Source of the DNA: Paraspadella gotoi
Lineage: Eukaryota; Animalia; Chaetognatha
DNA: 64,000 nucleotides
Reading direction: 5' to 3'
Assembly: GCA_051294375.1 (NCBI GenBank)
Contig: CM119271.1
Span: 8,113,788 to 8,177,787, forward strand
Shown: positions 41,482 to 51,906 of the stretch, in pieces
Position numbering within the stretch: the first letter of the stretch is position 1
How the letters are laid out: each line of letters begins with the position of its first letter
Program-made: the position numbers and the translations under genes
Notes under the pieces: model-generated
The model's input: the letters and a program-made list of their open reading frames with translations, nothing else
Told to the model about the DNA's origin: nothing
The model's database searches: none

Positions 41482-43870
41482 CATTGAAGGAAGAGTTAAG
41501 TCTTGCACAGTTCCATTGGTTATGCACGCTGATTGGTCAAAGCCTATTCCATCTTGACCAATCAGGATTCGGAGACGATCCCGTCCCGTTTCTCTCCTGT
41601 TTTGGGTTGATTATCCTGCGATGATATCATGTTTCTTACTTCAGTCTTTGGTTTTATTGTGCTTATTCTTCATGTGTTTTTGTTTCTCTTTTTCTGTTTT
41701 CTACTTTTAATTGTNNNNNNNNNNNNNNNNNNNNNNNNNNNNNNNNNNNNNNNNNNNNNNNNNNNNNNNNNNNNNNNNNNNNNNNNNNNNNNNNNNNNNN
41801 NNNNNNNNNNNNNNNNNNNNNNNNNNNNNNNNNNNNNNNNNNNNNNNNNNNNNNNNNNNNNNNNNNNNNNNNNNNNNNNNNNNNNNNNNNNNNNNNNNNN
41901 NNNNNNNNNNNNNNNNNNNNNNNNNNNNNNNNNNNNNNNNNNNNNNNNNNNNNNNNNNNNNNNNNNNNNNNNNNNNNNNNNNNNNNNNNNNNNNNNNNNN
42001 NNNNNNNNNNNNNNNNNNNNNNNNNNNNNNNNNNNNNNNNNNNNNNNNNNNNNNNNNNNNNNNNNNNNNNNNNNNNNNNNNNNNNNNNNNNNNNNNNNNT
42101 TTTTTTTTTCTTTCCTTCTGCTTTTTCGCCTCGAGATTGTGGTGTTGGGAATCGGATCAAAAGAGGGCGCGGAACGATCAATCATTTTTTTTCCCCGCNN
42201 NNNNNNNNNNNNNNNNNNNNNNNNNNNNNNNNNNNNNNNNNNNNNNNNNNNNNNNNNNNNNNNNNNNNNNNNNNNNNNNNNNNNNNNNNNNNNNNNNNNN
42301 NNNNNNNNNNNNNNNNNNNNNNNNNNNNNNNNNNNNNNNGGAAGAGGGAGAAAGGGAGAAGGGAAAAATTAAAAGGGGGACTATTGACAAAGGGATTTAA
42401 ATGGAAAGGGTAAAAGGGGAAAAAATGAAAAATGGAAAAGGAGAAAAATTTAAGAAGGGGAGGAAGGTCTAAAGATAAGAAAGGAAAAGGAAAAGAGAGC
42501 AAAAGTCTATTAGGGTAAAACGCGGCTGCCCCAGCGGGCGGCGAAGGAGGAAGGAAAATGGGAGGCAGCCGCGGCGCCGTCAGCAGCGGCGGCGGTTTGC
42601 GACGGCGACTGCTGCTTCCAACTCCCACGCCCTCCGCTTCCATCCAAACTTTTTCGACGTTCGTCGCTGGAGACGCGAGAATTCGTCGGAACCGAGGGGC
42701 GAAACAAACTCCGTCTAATTACTCAGCCTTCCGACAGCGGGCGTCGTCGCGATATGATTGATTGGTTTCCCGATTGATTGGGTTCCTGATTGATTGGTCG
42801 CTCCATCGTTTGCGATTTCCCTAACGACGTTGAGAAGTCGAAGACGACGGCGTTGCGATTGGCGGACATCGTTTTGATCGCAGCAACGGTCATGGCATCT
42901 GCAGAAACAAGATTAACGAAGACCGAGATGACGAGGATTGCACATTGCACAATGACAGGAGAAATATTAACAATCAAAACGAAAACAAGGGAGGTAAGTC
43001 ACTCATGAATGATCCTCACTACGTAGAACAACAACGACAACCGAACGCGCGGGGNNNNNNNNNNNNNNNNNNNNNNNNNNNNNNNNNNNNNNNNNNNNNN
43101 NNNNNNNNNNNNNNNNNNNNNNNNNNNNNNNNNNNNNNNNNNNNNNNNNNNNNNNNNNNNNNNNNNNNNNNNNNNNNNNNNNNNNNNNNNNNNNNNNNNN
43201 NNNNNNNNNNNNNNNNNNNNTTATTATACGAGTATTTCCGAGAAAACCGCAGGTTCACTCTCTCGTTGCCCACACGACCCAAGTTCCACCAGGGGTGCTA
43301 TATTTTCAACCTCTCTCTCCCTCTCCCTCTCTATCCACTCTCTCTCGCTCTCGCATAATAACTGGGCGTTTGTTGCGTCGGTTGTTATGTCAACCGACGT
43401 TAACTGCTTTTTTCAATCAACACCGGAAAGATGACGACGACGACGACGACGATGAAGACGACGACGACGATGGCGACAATGACTCCGACGACGTCGCTGA
43501 ATATGACGATAATGAGAACGATGAGAAAAGATAGTTATAAGTTATAGTGTAGTTATAGTATAAGTTATAGTTATAACTTATAGTGACGACGATAGATTTT
43601 TTTTTTAGATAGAGAAGATGGTAGCGGGCATTGCAAAGTCCACTCGGCTTATAGACCTCGTAACTTCAGTTGTGACCCGATGGCTCATTCAGTGAAAATC
43701 TACTTGGTATCGGGTTCAATTTACGACTGGGTACCAACCTTATGGGAATCGTAAGTGACCATGATCACGATCGGGCAACAGGAAGATGAGAAACGAAAAA
43801 ATGACAACCAATGCAATGGACGATTATAATGGAAAATTGTTTTTAAAAAATAACAATGAGAGAAAAGAAA

Positions 43871-43941
43871 CTGACAGGTCCAATGACATATCATAACTGA
43901 CATATCATAACTGACAAGTCCAATGACATATCATAACTGAC
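43871..43941. repeat. Short compound tandem repeat (tgacatatcataac x3, actgacaggtccaa-like x2)
   Basis: Directly visible. Confidence 0.8.
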
Positions 43942-46667
43942 GAACGAACGAACGAAAGAGAAAATTTGCCGAAAGAGAAAAACAAAGATGAAAAAAAAAA
44001 GACGTAATGCGATTTGTGGCGCAGCTGCTCGTCCGCGATCGGAGGCCGTGATTTGGAGGCGAGGGGTTGACCGCAGATTCGCTGCGGGGGAAAAGACGTT
44101 GACGTCTAAAATGGGCGTGGCATCGGCGAAGTGGGCGTGGCTGTAAAAAAAAGATGGCGATCAAAAGGAGAGAAAATGCGGTTCGATCGATGCGATGGAA
44201 TCACTTTTTTTAGTCTTAACGTCGCACGGTTTCGGATAGGGTCGTCCGTTTTGGAGACGAGTCAAGTTTCGCTCAGAATGGTATTAAGTTATGCGTACGT
44301 ATGTAAGTTTAAAACTCAAGATTTTTCATGTTTCTTTAAGATAAATTTTTATTCGATGACGATTTTATAAACTTCATTTGGAAATGGACCACTTATGCAT
44401 TTTAATTTATTCATCTCAATGCTTATTTGTTTCGCTCTCTCTTCTCCTCCTCTGCTCTCTCTCTTTTCTCTCTCTCACTCGTCTTCTCTCCGTCTCTCCA
44501 TCTCTTCTCTTCCTCTCTCGTGTCGTGTGCTCTCTCTCAGATGGTACAGTTTCACAGAGAAGAAATCTGCTTTTTCTCTCTCTCAAGTAAATTGTCAATC
44601 TTCTGAGTTCCAGATTGACTCTCAAAGCGTCAAGTGCATCTTCCGCACATCGTTTCCTGGCTGCACGACGTCTTACACCCAGCGGCGGCGGCGGCGGCGG
44701 CACCAGCGGCAGCGTCCGCCTTAAGAGAATCGGTCCCCGGAGATTTTTTCGAGTGATTAATGTGGAGACGGGGAAATTTTCCGCCTCGGGCGCCGGAGAC
44801 GAGATGGACGGGCGCCGTATGCAAAGACGGATGAGCGTCCGGAAACGAGGCAGTCTCCCGCGCCGGATGCGGGTGGGATATTGGCGCCGATTCTGAGTGT
44901 AAGCGGGGGTGAGGGGGGGGTAAACGGCGTTCGGCGTCGGACGAGAAAGAGAGATCTAAAATCGACGCGACGATGGAAAGCGGAGGTGGAAACGACGCCG
45001 AAAACGCGCGCCGGCGCCGACCGATGGCGCTTGTCTTTGGCGCCAAACGATGGCACCAACAGATGGCGCCCATCGTTCCCGGAACTGAGTCCGTGGAACC
45101 GGAAGTCTGAGACGAGATTCTCGTCAGACCCAAAAAAAAAAAGAAGAAAGAAAGAAAAAAAGAAAGTTTCCTTGGAGATTCGATTTTGTTGACCGACGTC
45201 TGTTTAAAGCGTCGGGTGCCGGTCGCGAGGGACAAAGCGCGAGTTGGGTCTTCAATCAAGACAAGCTTCTTCTTTTTTTTACTTTTTTTTTTGTCAAGCC
45301 GGTTTCTCAATTTGACGGCGTCTGTGAAGTGATCAAACGCGAAATCAAGCGTGTGAAAGTCACTAAAAACACGTATGACATCACAAGTATTCAAACTACT
45401 ATTTTACCAGATTATTTCACCTTTGAATTCTTTAATTTTAAGCTTTAGTTTTTTTTTTTTAGTCAAGCTGATAAAAAGGAACTTTAACACTGAAACTTTG
45501 AAAGTAATAAATTAGATTTAATCCAGTAATAAAACGAACAAAGAAATTAAGTTAATAGTTTAAAAGGCACAGATGAGCAAAATAACCTTCGTTTGATAAA
45601 CTACAATAAAAGGGTCTCTAAGAAGTATTTCACCGTCCCCCGCGTTTCCCGTCGACTCGACGATTACGCTCCCTAATGTTTTCTAAGGCCTTTTGTTTTT
45701 TGTTTTGTTTTTTTTTGTTTTTTTTTAAGGCCTTTTGTTTTTTTTCTTTTCCTTTCGTCTCCGAATCGTTTCGATCGAAAATCCCCGAGGCGTGACGAGT
45801 GATCCGCCCCATTTTCTCCGCGCGAAAGAATTCGATTTTTCTGAGTCACAACAAGTTTCTTTTGTTCTCTAGTTTCGCCATGTGGCGCGGGGGCCGCCAG
45901 GCCGCCCTCGATCGCTAGCACGACTTGTGGCCGCCCAGGCCCGCGCGACGCGCTGCCGAGATCAGCGCCGTCGGAGAGGATGGGTGGGTGATTTTTCTCT
46001 TGTCGCGCCGACGCCACAAACTGACTCTAGTCCTCAATCTCTCGTCGTCTCTCCTCTCCGGTGTCTCTCGTCCCTCCTGTCCGACTCTCGTCGTCTCTCT
46101 CTCTCTCTTTATCGGTCTCTCAAGGGTAACAACGAACAATGACGCCGAAGGCAACGACAGTCTGGCAAGAAAAACAATTACGGTTATGCCCCGAAGAAAG
46201 AAAAACGGAGTCGGGTTTTGGGAAACAAAACCCAAAAGGGAGAAACAATAACGAGGATACCGCAAGAAACAAAATCCAAAAGGATCTGGCGAGAAACAAT
46301 GACGAGGACCCATGCAAGAAACAACAATTCAGAGCGAGTTTTTGGTTTTCAGGCTTCGCTCAATTCAAGTCAAGTTTGAGATTTGAAGTGAGAACAAAAC
46401 GTCAACTCAATTCCCTCTTCTCTTTCTTCGTCTTTGTCACGCGTTCTGACGCTGACCATTCAGCAACAGCTTGTTTCATTTTGTTCTTCATCGAGTTCAA
46501 ATCTTTCCATCCATTTAACAAAACGTAGCCGCTTTTATGAAATTGATACAAGCAATAGAAAATTATCGCATTCATTTAATAAAAAAGCTATCTTGCTCAC
46601 AACGACCTCTTACAAGATAATAACATAGCAGGACCCTGCAAACTCATAAGCGAGACTCTCTCGTCTC

Positions 46668-46963
46668 TTTAGTTACGCCGCGAGTACTCGCGGAGCAACT
46701 CTATAAGTCACTTTTCGGTCGGTCTGTCGGTCGGTCTGTCGGTTTGTCGGTATGTCTGTCCATAGGTCTGTCTCACGTTAAAAACGCTCATTTGTCAAGC
46801 CAGAAAAAAAAAACAGAACGTTTCAGAAATTCACGGGCACAGAAAGTTATTGTAGTCGTTTAGTCATGTCACGTCATGACACTACATGTCATATCAGGTC
46901 ATGTCGTGTCACGAAATAAAGCCGTCTCTGCGGCGCAACGCATTTGAATTACCGTTCTTGTTT
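46668..46963 (+). mobile_element. Helentron-associated (HINE/DINE-1-like) non-autonomous element
   Basis: TTT, 30-bp imperfect hairpin agttacgccgcgagt/actcgcggagcaact (46671-46700), ctataag..cttttcgg, (GTCG/GTCT)n tract, 3' inverted partner gcggcgcaac (46930-46939), end cttgttt. Same layout as 18722-18950. Confidence 0.6.
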
Positions 46964-48900
46964 CTCTCTACTCCGGCGAGTTTCGCTTTCTTCTTCATTC
47001 CTACCCTTTTTCCTCCCTCTCTCCATTCTCTTTCCTCCAATTAGCCACGCGCTCCCTTCTGTAAAAAGTAGATCGCGTGGGGTGAGAAAGCGTTTCTTGG
47101 TTGCTTAGCGACGTCGAAAGCCAAGACTTTCGGACGCGATTGTGCTGTCGTCGTCGTCGTCATCGTCATCAGCGGATGAGGTGTTGACTTGCCAAATTTC
47201 CGTGTCCCTAGTCGCCGTAGCAGTCGTCAGCGTGGTCGTCGTCGTCGTCGTCGTCGTCGTCGTCCTCGTTCTTGATAATCCCGGACGACGACGACAAACA
47301 AAAGAATGATAGAAAGAAGAATACAAATTTGGAAATCCGTTTCCTATTGTTTCGCGACCGAATTGAGCCTTTCTTTTCGGTCGTTGTTGTTGTTCCCTTT
47401 TGTCTTGGTTGTCGTTGTTGTCGGGGACGAGCGTCCGAGAAAAGAAGATCCGAGAAACGTTTTATCTCGTTGATTCGATTAAATTTGTTTGTATAATCGA
47501 TTTCTGAATCTTTTTTAACCGAATTAAATGGGAGGAGAAAATCGATAAGCGATGAAAGGCAGAGAGTTTTCTGGTCGTCGTCGTCGTCGTNNNNNNNNNN
47601 NNNNNNNNNNNNNNNNNNNNNNNNNNNNNNNNNNNNNNNNNNNNNNNNNNNNNNNNNNNNNNNNNNNNNNNNNNNNNNNNNNNNNNNNNNNNNNNNNNNN
47701 NNNNNNNNNNNNNNNNNNNNNNNNNNNNNNNNNNNNNNNNNNNNNNNNNNNNNNNNNNNNNNNNNNNNNNNNNNNNNNNNNNNNNNNNNNNNNNNNNNNN
47801 NNNNNNNNNNNNNNNNNNNNNNNNNNNNNNNNNNNNNNNNNNNNNNNNNNNNNNNNNNNNNNNNNNNNNNNNNNNNNNNNNNNNNNNNNNNNNNNNNNNN
47901 NNNNNNNNNNNNNNNNNNNNNNNNNNNNNNNNNNNNNNNNNNNNNNNNNNNNNNNNNNNNNNNNNNNNNNNNNNNNNNNNNNNNNNNNNNNNNNNNNNNN
48001 NNNNNNNNNNNNNNNNNNNNNNNNNNNNNNNNNNNNNNNNNNNNNNNNNNNNNNNNNNNNNNNNNNNNNNNNNNNNNNNNNNNNNNNNNNNNNNNNNNNN
48101 NNNNNNNNNNNNNNNNNNNNNNNNNNNNNNNNNNNCCGCGGCGGCGGCGGCGGTATCCGCAGCCGCTGAGATCATTGCCGTCGACGCCAAATGTCACGCT
48201 CCGGCGACGACGATAAAGGAAAAAAAAAATAAAAGAGCAGAGGACGAGTCTCGTAAAAACGGTGGGATTGTCGCACGTGGAAAAACAAACTGTAATAACG
48301 GCGAAACTGACTGTAATGACTGAGTCTATAAGATAAACAGTCTAAATCAAAGTAGACAACGCTGTGAATTTATTATTTGACTTGATTTATATTTTCGAGG
48401 CCAGACGTACGCTGTGCTGCTTCAAGCCGACCAGTTTTAAAGACATTATAAAAAGTTTTAAAGATATCTGCGATTAAGATTCTTAAAACTAAACTTTTTA
48501 AACTAAAAAATATGATTAAAAATATTTCTAATTTTCATAATTTTTAAATACAATATTAAGAGTAATAAGCATCTTCGATATACGTACACTGGTTATCTTA
48601 AAATTCTTTTATTCATGTTATGTATTTTGCACTCAAAGAAGCAAAACTTTTCATGTTCATTTGTTTCTAAACGAGCCTCGATTCATCGCTCATTTAAATA
48701 AAACGATGTCTGTGGATTCTTTGTGAACAAAATTTATATTTAATCTCAACGTACAAGCATTTTTCAAAAATTCAATGAAAATAAGATTTTAATAACCTCA
48801 TAAATACTTTTTAAAATTTTTTTTCATCTATCAAAATATTAATTTACGTAAACCTTTTAGGAAAAGTGCAAAGTTTTAAAGCGAATTAAAAACAGATCTA

Positions 48901-48932
48901 TAACTCACGCAACAAGGTTCCGGTTATGTAAT
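48901..48932 (+). promoter_or_regulatory. Putative snRNA proximal sequence element (PSE)
   Basis: TAACTCACGCAACAAGGTTCCGG starts at -59 from U1, loosely resembling insect PSEA in position and in its TAA..CAAC..GGTTC pattern. Confidence 0.45.
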
Positions 48933-48959
48933 AAAAGAAAAATTTTGCCCCCTTTCGGC

Positions 48960-49121
48960 ATACTTACCTGGCTCAGGGGATACCTTGATCAGCAAGGAGG
49001 TTCCCCCAGGGCGAGGCCCTTCCATTGCACTACGGTTGGGCTGACCCTTGCGATTTCCCCAAATGTGGGAAACTCGGGAGCATAATTTGTGATAGTGGGG
49101 TCTGCGTACGCGCTAACCCCT
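48960..49121 (+). ncRNA. U1: U1 spliceosomal snRNA gene
   Basis: 5' ATACTTACCTGG, SL1 loop GATCAGCAAG, SL2 loop ATTGCACT, SL3 ttccccaaatgtgggaa, Sm site AATTTGTG, terminal GGGG..CCCC stem with TACG tetraloop. About 162 nt with no poly(A) tail. Confidence 0.97.
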
Positions 49122-50348
49122 CATAAACGGATGTGGTAATATATCGAAGACTGTAGGGAAATATGTAATGAAACAAGAGTTAAGCTTTTTAACATTTCGC
49201 TCAAGATTTTGGACAGGCTATTATGGCTTCGTCCCTCTTACAAAAAAGCAAAACCGCGTACAATCTCTCTCATAGACCAATTTATTCCCAATATCATAGT
49301 TTATCTTGATATGATATACTATGTCTGCCAATATGTAAATATTATTTCGCAATTCTAATTTTCGAAGACAAATCTTTCACGGCCAAACGTCGAGAATCTT
49401 TAAAGATTCAACGCGCGACTTCCGGTAAATATGGGCGTTGCAAGACGTTTGCGTCAGCGTTACTGGGCGTGGCCTTAAAGGCGGCGCTAAATGACGCTCG
49501 AATGGGAGAGGAGAGCAGAGGAGGTTAAGACCGGGGTGGGATAGTAACGTATTATAATATAAGAAAGAAAGGAATATACCACGAATATAATTAATTATAA
49601 TCGTTTTTTAAACAAATTATTTTATGTATAAATTTTCTGTGCGTAAAACCGACGGCGTAGCGCTCTACCGACAGTGACGATTGACGATGTCCGTGTCTCG
49701 TCAGTAACGCTTCGAATAAATCCGAAAATCCCCATCATTGGTCATCGACCTTTTTTTTTTGGTTGTGTTTTAAAATTCAGGACATCGTTTCTGTATATAT
49801 CGAACATCGGAAATCGCCGAGAGACTTTCCTTGCAGTTGGCAGATTTCGAACGCAGGACATCTGCTAGTGGCCATTTGCTTCCGGAAGCGTTGTACGTGC
49901 GAGATGTTGGATTTTTTTGGGAAAAAAGGGAATGAGATGAGGGGAGAGAGCATGAAATGTTGCGTCAAAACGAAGACGAACTGATTTCGAAAAGAAATGA
50001 AACTGGAAACTTTATAGAAAGGTAGAGGAGCTGGTCGTTTGCAAGAGAAGAAGATTTAGAGGAGATAAAGAGGAGGAGGAGGAGGAGGAGGAGGAGGTGA
50101 CTGAGAGACGACTAAGAGGAGACTGTCGGTGACGGCGTCCAATTCGGTCTTTGAACCAAGTAGCAAGTAGTAGATGGCAACCGAGAGTGGCGCCACGAAT
50201 GGCAACGGCGTTGGGAGGAAATAAAAGGTCGGCGCCCGTACCCAAAAGGCGGCAGGCGGCGCCGACAACGCCCACGTGCGTCAGCGTCGAAAACGGCGCG
50301 AAAAAGAATAGAAAAAAAACTGANNNNNNNNNNNNNNNNNNNNNNNNN

Positions 50349-51874
50349 TCTCTTCTCTCCTCTCCTCTCTCTCTCTCCCGTATCCTCTCTCTCTCTCCTC
50401 TCCTTCTCCTCTCTCTCTCTCTCTTCTCTCATCATCTCCTCTCTCTCTCTCTCGCCCTTGGTCCGTTTCCCCGCGCCGCCCTCTCTTTTTTATCTCTCTC
50501 TCCCCGTCCCTTGTCCCTCTCTCTGCTCCCCTTTGGCCTCTCCCCCGCGCCGTGCCTCTTCCGCCATGCCGTTTCCTGGCTGCCGCCGATCTCCCCCCGC
50601 GGCGGCGGCGCCCCGCGGCCGCGTCCGCCTTCCCTCCTCGTCCCGCGCTTTTTCGAGTGCTTCCTGTGCGCCGGGGCCCCTTTCCGCCTCGCGCCCGCGC
50701 GCGCATGGCCGGCGCCGTCTCCCGCCGACTGCGTCGTCCCCGCCCGCGGTCCGTCTCCCGCGCCGGCTGCGGGTGGGCTCTATGGCGCCCGCTTCTGGTG
50801 TCCCCGGGGTGCGGGGGGGGGGTCCGGCTTCGCGTCGGCCGCGCCCGCGCGCTCTCCTCGCCGCGCCGTCTGGCCCGCGGCGGTGGCCGCGCGCCGCCCC
50901 CGCGCGCCGGCGCCGCCCGCTGGCGCTTGTCTTTGGCGCCCCCCGCTGGCCCCCCCCCTGGCGCCCCTGTTCCCTGGCCTGCGTCGTGGCCCCGGCCGTC
51001 TCGCCGCGCTTCTCGTCCGCCTCCCCCGCCGCCCCCGCCCCCGCCTTTCCTGGCCTCGCTTTGTTGCCCGCGGTCGTTCCGCGTCGGGTCCGGTCGCGCG
51101 GGCCCCCGCGCGCCGTTGGGTTTCCCTTCCCGCCCCGCGTTTTTTTTTTTTCCTTTTCCTTTTTTTGTCCGCCGTCTCCCTCTTTTGCGGCGTCCTGTTG
51201 CCGTGCTCCCCCGCGCCCCTCCCGCGTGTGCCCGTCCCTCCCCCCGTCGCCCCTCCCCCGTCTTCCCCACTCCTCTTTTCCGCTTCTTTCCCCTTTGGCC
51301 TTCTTTCCTTTTCCGCTTTCGTTTGTTTCGTCCTCGCTGTCCCGGCCCTTCCCCCTGCCCCTTGCCCGTCCTCCCTTCCTTTCCTCCGTTCTCCGCCCCC
51401 GCCTCCGTTCCTCGTTTCCCCCGGGCCCCGCTCGCCCCTCCCCTTCGTTTGCTCCCCTCCCTCCGGGTCTCCGCCGTCTTTCCCCCGTCCCGCGTTTCCC
51501 GTCGCCTCGCCTGCTTCCGTCCCTCTTGTTTTCTCCGGCCTTTTGTTTTTTTTTTGTTTTTTGTTTGTTTTTTTGTTTTTTTTTCCGGCCTTTTGTTTTT
51601 TTTTCTTTATCCTTTCGTCTCCGCCTCGTTTCGCTCGCCCCTCCCCGCGCGTGCCGCGTGCTCCGCCCCCTTTCTCCGCGCGCCCGCCTTCGCTTTTCGC
51701 GTCCCCCCCGTTTCTTTTTGTTCTCTCTTTCGCCGTTTCGGCGCGGGGCCGCCCCGGCCCGCCGCCTGGGCCGCCTTGTCGGACGCCCGGCCGCCCGCCA
51801 CGCCTCCCGCCCAGCCTGCCCGCCCGCCGTCGGCGCGGCTTGGTGGTGCTTTTCTTTCGCCGCCTCCCCCCTCC

Positions 51875-51906
<32 letters not shown>

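Noticed and set aside
43616-43750. tRNA-derived SINE (ggtagcgg..gggttcaatt)
   Set aside because: A/B box spacing and cloverleaf are not convincing, and there is no second copy in the window.
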